64,000 nt of DNA from an uncultured Gammaproteobacteria bacterium (GCA_964538435.1 CAZIDX010000001.1:64393-128392); one strand, 5' to 3'. Shown: positions 45,140 through 56,252, counted from the first letter of the stretch. Numbers and translations are program-made. The notes: generated by a model not told the origin, from the sequence alone.

Positions 45140-46573
45140 GTGAGCTCACTTCTAGCAAGAAATACGTTTTATCTAACAACGGCAGCCATCGGACAAAAGG
45201 TTATCGCTTTTGTCTACTTTTTGTTTCTTGCACGAGTCATGCAACCAGAAAGTACAGGAACCTATTTTCTTGTTGTTTCATTCATCATGATTTTCTCTGT
45301 TGTAGCAGACTTTGGCATCACACAGGTCGTCATCAGGGAAATCGCAAAAGCACCTGATCAAGCCAAGCAGCTACTTAAAGGAGCTTTGGGAGCAAAACTG
45401 TTTTTCATGGTTATTGCAGTGTTCGCTGCAAACATTGTCAGCTTGAGTCTGGGTTATGACACTCTTGTAATTCAACTCATTCTGCTGGCTAGCGTAAATC
45501 TGTTCTTTGACGCACTTCATTTATTGTTCTATGGAGCGCTACGCGGAATGCAAAATCTTCAGTATGAGGCTCTGGGTGTGCTCGGTGGGCAAATTGCTTC
45601 AGTGACAGCTGGTGCGCTCGTGCTTTGGTTGTACCCCTCACTTTACCTTCTTGTTATAGCACTCATGCTCACATCATTTGTAAATGTTGCAGTCTCTGCT
45701 ACAAAGGTTGTGCAGAAATTGGGTGCTGGCATACTTTTACCAACATTCGAAGGAGACAGCACAAAGATCTTGCTCAAAACAGCGCTTCCATTTGCGCTCG
45801 CGGCTGTGTTTGTAAAAGTATACTCATACATTGACAGCATATTCATCTCTAAATTTTTGGGCACCGTGGAGCTTGGGTACTACTCTGTTGCCTATAAATT
45901 CACATACGCATTCCAATTCCTGCCAATGGCCTTCATTGCGGCGCTCTATCCTGGAATCAGCGCCAATATCGGCAAGGATGAATTTAGGGTCAACCAAATG
46001 ATGGAAAAGGGGATGTGGTACATGGCGATCCTGGTTATTCCAATTGCATTCGGTTTGTGGGCGATTGCCCCAGAGGCTGTTTTGCTTGCCGGAGACAGCT
46101 ACGCTCCAGCAACACCTGTCCTGCAAATCCTCATCTTTGCTCTCATTCCGTTGTTCCTTGATTTCCCAATCGGCTCACTGCTAAACGCCGCGAACAGACA
46201 ATCAACAAAAACGGCCATCATGGGTGCAACTATGGTGATCAACATTATCCTCAACTTCCTGCTCATCCCAAGAATCGGTCTTATAGGGGCAGCTATTGCT
46301 GCACTTGTGAGTTTCACTTTCTTATTTGGTGCTGGTTACTATTTCATAAACAAAATCATTCCAAGCTTCACTCACACACAGTTTCTAAAAATCCTCAGCC
46401 CAATCGTCTTAAGCGGAGGATGTATGCTTGCTGCAACACTTGTTCTTAAACCTGTTGTCGGTTGGATCACAGTCATTCCAATTTCTGCACTTGTTTATCT
46501 AGCTGCGCTCTGGTTGCTAGGCGCAATAAAGAGCTCGGACGTGCAGCTTGTCAAAAAATTGATTAAACGTTGA
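45140..46573 (+). CDS. polysaccharide biosynthesis flippase (Wzx/MOP family)
   Basis: 477 aa with about 12-14 TM. GTG start. Followed by a glycosyltransferase cluster. Confidence 0.65.
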   Translation: MSSLLARNTFYLTTAAIGQKVIAFVYFLFLARVMQPESTGTYFLVVSFIMIFSVVADFGITQVVIREIAKAPDQAKQLLKGALGAKLFFMVIAVFAANIVSLSLGYDTLVIQLILLASVNLFFDALHLLFYGALRGMQNLQYEALGVLGGQIASVTAGALVLWLYPSLYLLVIALMLTSFVNVAVSATKVVQKLGAGILLPTFEGDSTKILLKTALPFALAAVFVKVYSYIDSIFISKFLGTVELGYYSVAYKFTYAFQFLPMAFIAALYPGISANIGKDEFRVNQMMEKGMWYMAILVIPIAFGLWAIAPEAVLLAGDSYAPATPVLQILIFALIPLFLDFPIGSLLNAANRQSTKTAIMGATMVINIILNFLLIPRIGLIGAAIAALVSFTFLFGAGYYFINKIIPSFTHTQFLKILSPIVLSGGCMLAATLVLKPVVGWITVIPISALVYLAALWLLGAIKSSDVQLVKKLIKR

Positions 46574-46574
46574 T

Positions 46575-47660
46575 ATGGAGGATAATACAAAATTACTGTT
46601 AATAACACCGGACTTTCCACCAAAAAGAGGAGGTGTTGCAACCTATCTCTCCTCTCTTGCACGAGTGTTTTCAAATAACATCACTGTACTCGCTGACATC
46701 GACCCAAACTGGCAATCGTTTGATCAAAACGAACCCTATCCAATCTACCGCATGCCTTTGCTCTACAAAGTCATGTGGCCAAAATGGTGGAAGGTGACGA
46801 GATATCTAAAATCGATCAAAAACGACTACGACACGTTTCTCACAAGCCATGTGCTTCCGTTTGGCAGTGCGGCGATGTTTGCCGGAGTACCTTACATTTT
46901 GTTTGTGCACGGTATGGATATTCGATTGGCAGGAAAGAGTCTGAAAAAGAAAAAACTTGCTAAGCAAGTAATGGTAAAAGCAAAGTTGGTGGTCACAAAC
47001 TCACAAGCGCTTGCCGACGAGATAAACCGAGATTTCGGTGTTGGGGCCCTTGTCGTTCACCCATCTGTTCCAGCAGTTCTCGAAGAACCAGCCGTTGATG
47101 AATACAACGATCATATTATGTTCTTGTCCGTGAGCAGGCTCGTTGAGAGAAAAGGGCACACAAGAGTGCTCAATGCACTAGCATCTCTAAAGCGAAGCGG
47201 TAGGATCCCATCATTCAAGTACCACATTGTCGGAACAGGCCCCATGCAAACAACACTTAAAAGCATGGTTCATGAACTTGGGCTCGATGGCTTTGTGAAG
47301 TTCTACGGCGATGTTTCAGAAGCTCAGCTTCATGTGCTGTATTCAAGCTCTGATGTATTCCTTCTTCCTGTCTCTGATGATCCAGTAGACAAAGAAGGGT
47401 TTGGTCTGGTCTTCCTTGAGGCAGCTCTGCATTCAACACCCTCAATTACATCTAACATCCCAGGCGTAAACGAGGCGGTCATTCACAACCAGACCGGCCT
47501 TCTTGTTAACCCAGACGATCCTGATCAGCTTGCACAGCAGATCCTTCTCCTTGCCACAAATGTCGAGTACAGACACCAGCTAGGCAATGCTGCTCGCAAA
47601 CGAACGATCGAGGAATTCTCTTGCGAAAAACAATTTTCAAAACTCATTCCTTACTTGTGA
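46575..47660 (+). CDS. glycosyltransferase family 4
   Basis: EGFGLVFLEAALHSTPSITSNIPGVNEAV (EX7E). Confidence 0.8.
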   Translation: MEDNTKLLLITPDFPPKRGGVATYLSSLARVFSNNITVLADIDPNWQSFDQNEPYPIYRMPLLYKVMWPKWWKVTRYLKSIKNDYDTFLTSHVLPFGSAAMFAGVPYILFVHGMDIRLAGKSLKKKKLAKQVMVKAKLVVTNSQALADEINRDFGVGALVVHPSVPAVLEEPAVDEYNDHIMFLSVSRLVERKGHTRVLNALASLKRSGRIPSFKYHIVGTGPMQTTLKSMVHELGLDGFVKFYGDVSEAQLHVLYSSSDVFLLPVSDDPVDKEGFGLVFLEAALHSTPSITSNIPGVNEAVIHNQTGLLVNPDDPDQLAQQILLLATNVEYRHQLGNAARKRTIEEFSCEKQFSKLIPYL

Positions 47661-48358
47661 AGATTTCCGTAATCATCCCAACATACCAGCACGCGAAAAC
47701 AATTCTAGATTGTGTAGAGTCTTTGGTTACACAATCAAGAAGTCCAGATGAAATCATTGTGGTTGATGATGGTTCAACCGATGGAACCGAACAGGTTCTG
47801 ACCGATAGTAAAGATCAGATTCAATACATTAGACAAGAAAATGCAGGGCCGCAGTCGGCTCGGATGGCTGGATACAAAAAATCATCAGGCGATCTTTTGC
47901 TCTTTTGTGACGCCGATATCGTTGCACGAGCAAATATGCTAGAAAGGCTTGAAAACGCGCTAAAAACGCATTCTGAGGCCTCATACGCGTATGCTAGCTT
48001 CATGTGGGGCTCAAAACTATTCAAGTGCGGCCCTTTTAATGCGGATAGGCTAAAAAGAATGAATTTCATTCACACCTCAGCACTTATTCGTCGTGAGCAC
48101 TTTCCAGGATTTGATCTTTCAATAAAAAAGTTCCAAGATTGGGATCTGTGGCTCACCATGTTAGAACAGGAGCACAAAGGAGTCTTTGTTAATGAAATTC
48201 TCTACACCATCAGGCAAGAACGCAGTCGATTAAATATCTCAAGCTGGTTACCCTCGTTTGCCTACAAAATACCTTGGAGACTCATTGGATGGAAACCAAA
48301 GCGAATACAAAAATACGAAGAGGCTAGGGAAGTGATCAGAAAAAAACACCATCTATGA
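47657..48358 (+). CDS. glycosyltransferase family 2
   Basis: ISVIIPTYQHAKT and DDGSTDGT. I prefer the GTG at 47657, which overlaps the upstream TGA (GTGA), over the ORF-track start at 47621. Confidence 0.7.
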   Translation: MKISVIIPTYQHAKTILDCVESLVTQSRSPDEIIVVDDGSTDGTEQVLTDSKDQIQYIRQENAGPQSARMAGYKKSSGDLLLFCDADIVARANMLERLENALKTHSEASYAYASFMWGSKLFKCGPFNADRLKRMNFIHTSALIRREHFPGFDLSIKKFQDWDLWLTMLEQEHKGVFVNEILYTIRQERSRLNISSWLPSFAYKIPWRLIGWKPKRIQKYEEAREVIRKKHHL

Positions 48359-49200
48359 TTTCAGTTGTCACAGTCAACTACAAAACAATCGATTACACGC
48401 TCAACATGCTTGAGTCTCTTTTTGAATATCACAGCCATGATGAAATCGAGGTGTTTGTTGTGGAGAACGGCTCATGCGATAACCTGGATGAACTCAAAGG
48501 TCTTTACCCAAGGGTCAACGTTATAGAGTCAGAAACAAATCTGGGTTTTGCTGGGGGTTGCAATCTAGCCATTAAGGAGACAACAGGAGATTACGTTGTC
48601 CTTATCAATCCAGATATTGTATTTACAGGCAATGCACTCTCACGGATTGAACAGAAAATGGATCAAAATCCAGAGGTTGGAATCGGAGGTGTTTCACTAA
48701 AAAATCTCGATGGCTCACAACAAGACTGCGTGTGGTCATTCCCAACACCAATCGATCAACTCCTGCTCCTTCTCAAATGGAATCATGTCTTTCCAAATCT
48801 CAAGCCATTTAGACGGTGGCTCATGAAAGATTTTGACTACCTTTCTTCTACTGATGTGGATCAGGTCATGGGAGCATTCTTTTGCATAAGACGCAAGCTT
48901 ATTGATCAGATCGGTCTCCTCGATGATGGGTTCTTTATTTGGTATGAAGAGGTGGATTATTGCAAGCAGGCTGTTGATGCCGGTTGGCGCGTAAGATATT
49001 TCTCAGACATTTCAGCAAAACACAAGAAGGGGAGCAGCTTTGATCGGGTGCCTACAATCAAAAAACAGGCCGTGCTACGAAAGAGTGTTAGGCGCTATCT
49101 GAAGAAGCACCACGGTATCGCTGTCGGTGCATTCTTCACAATCTGTGAACCTATTTTCTATCTGTTTAGTGTTGTTGCCGCATTGGTAAAGCCCATATGA
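48355..49200 (+). CDS. glycosyltransferase family 2
   Basis: VVTVNYKTIDYT, VVLINPDI and a DxD-like motif. Confidence 0.75.
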   Translation: MISVVTVNYKTIDYTLNMLESLFEYHSHDEIEVFVVENGSCDNLDELKGLYPRVNVIESETNLGFAGGCNLAIKETTGDYVVLINPDIVFTGNALSRIEQKMDQNPEVGIGGVSLKNLDGSQQDCVWSFPTPIDQLLLLLKWNHVFPNLKPFRRWLMKDFDYLSSTDVDQVMGAFFCIRRKLIDQIGLLDDGFFIWYEEVDYCKQAVDAGWRVRYFSDISAKHKKGSSFDRVPTIKKQAVLRKSVRRYLKKHHGIAVGAFFTICEPIFYLFSVVAALVKPI

Positions 49201-50729
49201 TCAAGCAATTTTTTGGAAAACAATTCGTTTCCGGACTTATCGTTATTCTCTGCCTGAATATTGCTGCTGCAATAGGATATTTCTTAGGATTTGATGCTTT
49301 CCTGATTGCTGTGATTGCATGCGCTGCTCTTGGGGTCTCAATGGCAAACATTGAATTTGGAATAAGTCTTGCTCTTCTAGAACTATTTTCCAATGCGCAT
49401 GGGCAGCTGCTCAACATAGAAATCGCAGGATTTTCTGTTTCGCTAAGAATGGTAATTTTTGCAGCTGTAATGCTTGCTTTCATTCTCCAGCTCTTCCAAC
49501 AAAGGCTCAAGTTAGACCTACGGGATAAGCGACTATTCATATTCCTGCCAGCAGCAGCAGCTGTACTCATTGGATTCCTGTTTGGTTTCATAAGGAATGG
49601 ATTTGCCGAAGCTTTCTCAGACGGTAACGCCTACCTTTTTCTGCTTTACCTGCTGCCAATCCTGTCGATAAACTGGACAAACACAAAGAAAAAAATGCTC
49701 ATACAGATTTTGGTTGCGGGAGCCGTGTGGAATATTGCTGTGTCACTTATCACGCTCTACATCTTCTCTCATTTTGGTGAGCATGTTATCTACAACAGCT
49801 ACGTCTTCCTACGCGATCTGCGCATTGCCGAAATCACAGATCTTGGCGGAGGATTTTACAGAGTATTCCAACAATCACAGTTCTTTGTTGTGGCACTCCT
49901 TCTGCCAATACTTGCTCTGCTTACAAAACAAAAGAAGACCCCCGCATTGATCTGGGGGCTATCAAGCGCAGCTCTCAGTGTGGTAATCCTCAGCCTGTCT
50001 CGTTCATTTTGGCTTGGCTTTGCAGTATCACTGATTGCGCTTGCTGTTCTATTGATTGCAGCACGAAAACCTAAGCTCAAAACCATAAGCAAAAACACTC
50101 TTCGTTTCGTAATGTTTTCCATTCTTGGTGCATGTATTGTGATCGCTGTAGCTCTGTTTCCGATCCCCAACCAAAGCCTTAGCAGCTCTGATCTTGCCTT
50201 TGCATTCTCACAACGCGCCAGCTCAAGCGATGATGCAGCAATATCCAGCCGCTGGAACCTACTTGACCCAATGATTGAATCAATAAAATCAAACCCTATT
50301 GAAGGTGCTGGTTTTGGAAGCATTGTTACATTCACAACAGACGATCCGCGCGCACGTGAAATCAATCCGTCTGGAGAGTGGTCAGTGGTTGCCATGGAGT
50401 GGGGATGGTTAGAGATCTGGCTAAAAATGGGTGTGATCGCACCAATTGCATTTGCATACTTGCTTTTCATGACAGCCAAGATGCTTCTTACCGAAAGAAC
50501 TGAGCATCAATGGATGAGTGTCGGCCTTGTCTCAGGTCTTGTCTTTTTGACAGTCACGCACTTCTTCTCACCATACCTGAACCACCCAATTGGTCTTGGA
50601 TTCATTCTATTTTGCATCCCATTCATTCCAGAAAAGAAAATGAAAAAAGCTGCAATTGCAGCTTCTCAGACTGTGAAAAAAATGAAGCAACGATCAATCC
50701 CTGCTGTTGCCTCTAAGACAAATTCATAG
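49197..50729 (+). CDS. O-antigen ligase/polymerase-like membrane protein (Wzy_C-like)
   Basis: 510 aa polytopic protein with a large periplasmic loop, last gene of the polysaccharide locus. Confidence 0.55.
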   Translation: MIKQFFGKQFVSGLIVILCLNIAAAIGYFLGFDAFLIAVIACAALGVSMANIEFGISLALLELFSNAHGQLLNIEIAGFSVSLRMVIFAAVMLAFILQLFQQRLKLDLRDKRLFIFLPAAAAVLIGFLFGFIRNGFAEAFSDGNAYLFLLYLLPILSINWTNTKKKMLIQILVAGAVWNIAVSLITLYIFSHFGEHVIYNSYVFLRDLRIAEITDLGGGFYRVFQQSQFFVVALLLPILALLTKQKKTPALIWGLSSAALSVVILSLSRSFWLGFAVSLIALAVLLIAARKPKLKTISKNTLRFVMFSILGACIVIAVALFPIPNQSLSSSDLAFAFSQRASSSDDAAISSRWNLLDPMIESIKSNPIEGAGFGSIVTFTTDDPRAREINPSGEWSVVAMEWGWLEIWLKMGVIAPIAFAYLLFMTAKMLLTERTEHQWMSVGLVSGLVFLTVTHFFSPYLNHPIGLGFILFCIPFIPEKKMKKAAIAASQTVKKMKQRSIPAVASKTNS

Positions 50730-51659
50730 TTTTGATCCAACAAAGTCCTGATATCCATTCATGAAGGCTTCAGCCTTCATTTTTGGCTTGCCTTCTGGTT
50801 GCAGCTCATGAATCTCAAGAACCCCCTTACCACAACCGACAATTAATGCACCCTCTTCGTTTCTCACACAACCAATCTCTGCCTGAATATCACTGACTGA
50901 CACCTTTAGAAACTTGAGCCTGATCTCACTACCATCATCGCGCTTCCACACACACCATGCAGAGGGCCATGGTGAATATGCACGCATCTTCCTGTAGATT
51001 GATTCAGCCGATTCGTTCCAGTCAATCAGCCCATCGTCTCTGGTCAAAAGTCGCGTGACACTCACATTCTCATCACCTTGAGGAGAAGGTGAAATAGCAC
51101 CCCTGCTATATTCACGAAGGGTTTGAAGTAGAAGGTTTGGCCCAACAGCATGTACTTTCTCAACAAGACTTAGATAGGTCTCACCCTGATCCAAAGTAAT
51201 TGCAGCAGATGAGAGCAAGGGTCCAGTATCCATTCCATCATCCAGCAGCATAATACTCACACCTGTTTGCGCGTCGCCTTGCCGAATAGCCCACTGCATT
51301 GGAGAAGGTCCCCGATACCTGGGGAGCAGGGAAGGGTGAACATTCACACAACCAAGCCGAGGGATATCAAGCACCGCCTGCGGGATAAGTTTTCCGTAGG
51401 CAACCACAACAAACACGTCAGCACCAATAGACTCAAGTCTAGGCTTCACCGCATCAGACTTCAAACTTTTTGGCTGCAAAACAGTAATACTATTTTCCTG
51501 AGCAAGCACCTTCACAGCAGGAGGAATCAAGTTCCTGCCTCGTCCAGACGGCTTGTCAGGCTGGCAAACAACAGCGACGACCTCTGTGTCAGGGTCGTCG
51601 ATAAGTCCTTGCAAAAATGGAGTAGCAAACGCTGGTGTTCCAAAGAAAACGATGTTCAT
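50724..51659 (-). CDS. fmt: methionyl-tRNA formyltransferase
   Basis: MNIVFFGTPAFATPFLQGLI with ATG at 51659, adjacent to the def stop at 51661. Confidence 0.9.
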   Translation of the reverse strand: MNIVFFGTPAFATPFLQGLIDDPDTEVVAVVCQPDKPSGRGRNLIPPAVKVLAQENSITVLQPKSLKSDAVKPRLESIGADVFVVVAYGKLIPQAVLDIPRLGCVNVHPSLLPRYRGPSPMQWAIRQGDAQTGVSIMLLDDGMDTGPLLSSAAITLDQGETYLSLVEKVHAVGPNLLLQTLREYSRGAISPSPQGDENVSVTRLLTRDDGLIDWNESAESIYRKMRAYSPWPSAWCVWKRDDGSEIRLKFLKVSVSDIQAEIGCVRNEEGALIVGCGKGVLEIHELQPEGKPKMKAEAFMNGYQDFVGSKL

Positions 51660-51660
51660 A

Positions 51661-52134
51661 CTACATGCGCGGTGGTGATGTGTACTTCCTAACTTTATCA
51701 ATAAACAAAATGCCGTGAAGATGATCGATTTCGTGTTGAAGGATGATGCTAGACATCCCCTCAGCCTTTACAACAATTTCCTCACCGCTCTCACTAAAGG
51801 CCTCTATCTCTACTGACCGCGGCCTCTTCACAAGACCAAACACATCAGGAACAGACAAACATCCTTCTTCAGATGTAATCTTTCTAAACGATTTCTTAAC
51901 AACCTTTGGATTAATGAACACCTGTGGTTCATTGCCTGTTGCAACAATAATAATCTGTTTGTGAACTCCAATTTGAGGTGCAGCAATACCAATCCCATTC
52001 TCATACCTCATGGTCTCCTTGAGATCCTGGATCAACTCACGAACCTCTCTTGAGTCAATCTCTTCAGGGTGAACAAAATCTGACTTCTTTCGAAGCTCAT
52101 TGTTTGGATCAGTGATTACAGTTCGTGCTGTCAT
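51661..52134 (-). CDS. def: peptide deformylase
   Basis: GIGIAAPQIG, EGCLSVP and HEIDHL. Confidence 0.9.
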   Translation of the reverse strand: MTARTVITDPNNELRKKSDFVHPEEIDSREVRELIQDLKETMRYENGIGIAAPQIGVHKQIIIVATGNEPQVFINPKVVKKSFRKITSEEGCLSVPDVFGLVKRPRSVEIEAFSESGEEIVVKAEGMSSIILQHEIDHLHGILFIDKVRKYTSPPRM

Positions 52135-52149
52135 AGGTTTCCTAGATTC

Positions 52150-53976
52150 TCACAAAAGACCTTGTATGTCAATGATATAGTGGTCTGGCAATTCTGTGAA
52201 GATGGAAATGAGATGCTGTGCAATCTCACGCTGTGTACGCACCTTTAGCACGGGTGAACCCGTCTTTGAGGTGGATTCTGTGACACTGGTATGTTCAACT
52301 GATTGGAGTTTCCTCATGAGGGCATGAATCCCTATATCAGCCTTTCTTGCATCATCTTCCCGATTTTCAATAGTGATAAGAGTCGAAAAAGGAGGAAGGT
52401 CGTAACGTTGCCTTATGAGCAGCTCTTCAGATAAAAGCCGGCTTGAATCTGACAAGAATGAAGAAAAGAAATCAACATGCGACGTTTGAACCATAAAATC
52501 CGATCTCATCGAAAGTGCAACCCCTCTCCAAACACAGGCGTTATGTAAAGCTTTTTCTTTCGCATTCACATGTGTGGAATACAGAGACGTGTCTGCATCA
52601 ACTAACACAACAAGCCCAAACGAACCCGTCTTTAATGCACCATGATCCGTTTCAAGAAAATAGTTAGTGCTAATAAGAATTTGAGATTGAACATCCGAAT
52701 GATCATCCTTAGAAAGAGTCCCAATAGACGCACCTGAATATCTTTCTTGTAAAAGCCTGGCCAAACCCCTAACACCAATAGCTAAATGTTTCAGATCTGT
52801 TCCTTTGCAATAGAAACATTGACGTGGAATAGGGGAGTCTTGCTGACACCTAGCACAATGCATGACATGGTCCAAAGCCTTTGTCTGGCTATTGCACACA
52901 TTACAAACAACCCTTTCACTGCATGACTTGCAGACAAGGCCTGAAGATGCGCCTTTGCGATTCAAGACAAACAACACTCTACTACCAAGCTCCATTTCCC
53001 GTTGCACCTGACCCTCTGCCCGGGAAGAAAGAAAAGCGTTTGATGATTCCTGTCGCTCAATGTTCATATCAACAAGCAAGACAGGTTGCGATGTACTCCA
53101 CTCCAACCGACCTGATTCTGGAAACCTATGAGTATCTATGGCTCGCGGCAAAGCATCAAAAAAATAGATATTAGCTTGTGTGCGTTCATGAAATTCCCAA
53201 AGCATTGAGCGCACGTCAAAACGAGGGTTTCTATCCTGCTGCCTATGATTACTGTCCGAGCTGTTGAAAACAAAATACGAATTTATGCGCGCATCAAGCA
53301 TGAGAGCAGCCGTTTTTGTCCCGATCACAAAAGGGTCTTTCTGCTTTCTGGCTTTTTCATATCGCACAAACCGCTCATTATTCGACTCGTCTCCAGTAAG
53401 AACAATGGGCTTGAATGAGGCGAGCTGCACTTCAAGTAGTCTCGCTTCTCTTACCGTAGGAGCAATCACGCAAACACCACCCTTCTGATGTGTAAGATAG
53501 GCGGCAAGAAGCACTGCCATGCGCCTAAAATCTGGAATCTGAACAATGCACTCACGTTGATTTACAAGACGCTTAAACAATCTCGTCAGAATCTCTGTCT
53601 CATTCTTCGGTAGTGTGATCGGCCTCTGCTTTTCCTGCGGCTCATCATTCTCTTTAGCCTTTCTTTTTGGAGGTGTGGGTATTGCAACGTAAAGAATCGA
53701 TGAGACAGATTGAACAAGCTGCTTTGCAAGATATTCAAAAAAAGAGAGTTCCACCTCCCTTAACGAAATTGCATTGTTAACACCCAGTAGCGGCTGCAGC
53801 CGTATCCCGCGCTCAGGTTTTTCCTTGAGCCGTCTGACAACACCCCAAACCTCTTTTCTCCTCAAGCTTATACTCACCAATGAACCTCGTTTAACACTCA
53901 TCCCATCCGGGATTTTGTAATCAAACGATTTCATTGCACGAGGCATGCGTTGCAAAGGGTAAACTTCAGCGATCAT
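52150..53976 (-). CDS. priA: primosomal protein N' (PriA helicase), short form
   Basis: Helicase motifs and the Cys-rich zinc-binding insert CKSCSERVVCNVCNS...CARCQ. Length 608 aa. Confidence 0.8.
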   Translation of the reverse strand: MIAEVYPLQRMPRAMKSFDYKIPDGMSVKRGSLVSISLRRKEVWGVVRRLKEKPERGIRLQPLLGVNNAISLREVELSFFEYLAKQLVQSVSSILYVAIPTPPKRKAKENDEPQEKQRPITLPKNETEILTRLFKRLVNQRECIVQIPDFRRMAVLLAAYLTHQKGGVCVIAPTVREARLLEVQLASFKPIVLTGDESNNERFVRYEKARKQKDPFVIGTKTAALMLDARINSYFVFNSSDSNHRQQDRNPRFDVRSMLWEFHERTQANIYFFDALPRAIDTHRFPESGRLEWSTSQPVLLVDMNIERQESSNAFLSSRAEGQVQREMELGSRVLFVLNRKGASSGLVCKSCSERVVCNVCNSQTKALDHVMHCARCQQDSPIPRQCFYCKGTDLKHLAIGVRGLARLLQERYSGASIGTLSKDDHSDVQSQILISTNYFLETDHGALKTGSFGLVVLVDADTSLYSTHVNAKEKALHNACVWRGVALSMRSDFMVQTSHVDFFSSFLSDSSRLLSEELLIRQRYDLPPFSTLITIENREDDARKADIGIHALMRKLQSVEHTSVTESTSKTGSPVLKVRTQREIAQHLISIFTELPDHYIIDIQGLL

Positions 53977-54761
53977 AGATGAAACTGTGCTACCAAGTAC
54001 CCAACACCAAACGGAGCTTCATATGACAATAGCTCTGGTCGAAGCTGTTGCTTTTCAAGTATTCCAAACAGGATAACAAGCTGCTCGTACACACAAGCCT
54101 TTGCATTCATTCGCACAGACTCCTCAACGTTTAAAAGCGTTGATCGAGACAGATCTTTTACGGCACGAACAATCTCATCATCAAACGTTTTTGCATCTGG
54201 ATGGAAACCACCAGGCGCATCAGAAATATGACAATGCGCTAAATCACCTGAGGCAATCACGGCAATGCGCTTATTTGTGTGAGCAAAAACATCCTTCAGC
54301 ATCGCACCAAACGCAAGATGATCCTTTGTTGAAAGCCCGCTGTATGAAATGGGTACTACCTGAATATCCTTGAAGTTTGATGCAAGAAGCTCAAGAGGAA
54401 CACCTGATCCAAAATTAAGCTTCTGTGACGAATCAAGGGTTACAGGAACATCCACATCTCGCCCCCTGCGCCTGATGCTTGAGATCAGTTCTCTGTCCGG
54501 TAGAAACGTCTCAGCTGTAGACAGATCCCCAAACTCAGTAAAGTCAGTTTGAAAATAATCACTCAAATTGATTGAAAAAGCATGTTCATGCTGCGTCTCA
54601 TGCGAAGAGATTAATACGATCGTGTCCGGATTCGAAACATAAAGATTCTCAGCAATCTCGTTGATGGCATCAAGGGTCTTCTTCAGTTTTGCCTGGTTGT
54701 CTTTTCCAATAGTCGTAAGCAGAAGCGGGGAATGGGGGACAACACCTGAGAAAACAATCAT
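53973..54761 (-). CDS. LigB/MEMO-type class III extradiol dioxygenase fold protein
   Basis: VVPHSP, LISSHETQHEH and IASGDLAHCHI. Confidence 0.45.
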   Translation of the reverse strand: MIVFSGVVPHSPLLLTTIGKDNQAKLKKTLDAINEIAENLYVSNPDTIVLISSHETQHEHAFSINLSDYFQTDFTEFGDLSTAETFLPDRELISSIRRRGRDVDVPVTLDSSQKLNFGSGVPLELLASNFKDIQVVPISYSGLSTKDHLAFGAMLKDVFAHTNKRIAVIASGDLAHCHISDAPGGFHPDAKTFDDEIVRAVKDLSRSTLLNVEESVRMNAKACVYEQLVILFGILEKQQLRPELLSYEAPFGVGYLVAQFHL

Positions 54762-54762
54762 G

Positions 54763-56181
54763 TCAGTACGCAGTTACATTAATTTCCTCACCTTCGTCCT
54801 GAACAGAGAGAGAGGCGCCCAATGGATGAAGCAGCACTGACCGTTCATTGGTCCACACAACCTGATCAAAGGACCAGCCAAATGTGGCAAAGGTTTCCTC
54901 ATCAGTGATGTGATGCCGATTTCCATCTGAGACTACAAAAATATCAGGTGAGCCTGTAACGGCAATTAAACTACCATCAGCAAACTTAATGTCACCGCCG
55001 TTTTCATAAGAATCAAGATCTTCATCATCAACCTTTACGATCATAAGATCTCCGTACCGATTCTGCAAAATTTCCTTAGAATGAATCGCATACTTCACAC
55101 CATTCTCAGCATACACAATCCCACCAGTTGTCTTGCTCTGTAGCAACGTCCCTTGCGGATACACTGAGTCAACCGAGATCGATTCACCCTCCACATAAAC
55201 AAGCAAGTCATCCCATGTCACATCAACAATCTCATCTGGAGAATATCCAATCGCCCTAAACGCCTCCTGAGAAGTAAACCCACGCCGCTCATCATCAACA
55301 ATCAAGTACACAGCACCAGTAGGCGAGCGAAGCAATGAGTAGTTGGGAAAACTAATAGGATCTCCCTCAGGATACTTCTCAATCTCCGTAGTTGAAGTAG
55401 GGATTACAAGGTTTGCATTGAACCGACTGTAAAACGCAGCCTGAGAGGTGATAGCCCTACGAGCACCGTGCTGAATAAGCCAGACCCCACCAGTAGTCGT
55501 GTCCTGCAAGAGCGAACCATTCAAAAACGTCCGTACAAACCAATCGTTCCAGATGCGAACAAAGTTCTCATTACCATGAAGGTGAGGAGTGTAAGTATAA
55601 AGTGAAGAAGTCGCATAGTTCACAGGCACAACAGTAGTCCCATCAATCTCAATCTCAATCCCAGGCCCAACACCCGTCTCCGTATACCCACGACTCATAA
55701 GGTCAGTAAGATAAGACTCACGAATCCGAGCCGCTGCATAATGCACCTGATTAGCAAACCCCTTAAATTTCTGAATCCGAGGATCATCCATAGAACAATC
55801 ATCACAAACCGCATACCCCATAGCCCAAGCAAGCTGCTTTTCTGTAGGGGAATCATCTTCTACCAAACTCTGCTCACGCTGCAAGAGCACAAGCAAAAAC
55901 TCGCTGCTAATCCCATAACTCTGCGAAGCATTCCAAATAATCTCAGCTGCACTCCTCACAACACCATCCAAATCCACATCCTCATACTCAGCCAAGTACC
56001 CCCGCTCCAAAAACCGCTGAACATCCTCCAGGCTCATAGAACCATAGTCAAGCATCTCCTCATCTGAAACTAAATAATGAGGATTAAAAGTAACATCCTC
56101 ATTAGCAAATACCTCCAACCCTGGCGTAAAAGATCCAAGGATAATTGTGAGCAAAAGAAGCCCAATCGAGAGCTTTTTCAT
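54763..56181 (-). CDS. secreted hypothetical protein
   Basis: MKKLSIGLLLLTIILGSFTPGLEVFA is a signal peptide. Confidence 0.5.
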   Translation of the reverse strand: MKKLSIGLLLLTIILGSFTPGLEVFANEDVTFNPHYLVSDEEMLDYGSMSLEDVQRFLERGYLAEYEDVDLDGVVRSAAEIIWNASQSYGISSEFLLVLLQREQSLVEDDSPTEKQLAWAMGYAVCDDCSMDDPRIQKFKGFANQVHYAAARIRESYLTDLMSRGYTETGVGPGIEIEIDGTTVVPVNYATSSLYTYTPHLHGNENFVRIWNDWFVRTFLNGSLLQDTTTGGVWLIQHGARRAITSQAAFYSRFNANLVIPTSTTEIEKYPEGDPISFPNYSLLRSPTGAVYLIVDDERRGFTSQEAFRAIGYSPDEIVDVTWDDLLVYVEGESISVDSVYPQGTLLQSKTTGGIVYAENGVKYAIHSKEILQNRYGDLMIVKVDDEDLDSYENGGDIKFADGSLIAVTGSPDIFVVSDGNRHHITDEETFATFGWSFDQVVWTNERSVLLHPLGASLSVQDEGEEINVTAY

Positions 56182-56252
56182 ATGGACAAATTATACCTCA
56201 GGGCAGGTCTTCAGTAAACAAAAAAGCAGGCTTACACCTGCTTTTTACATTC

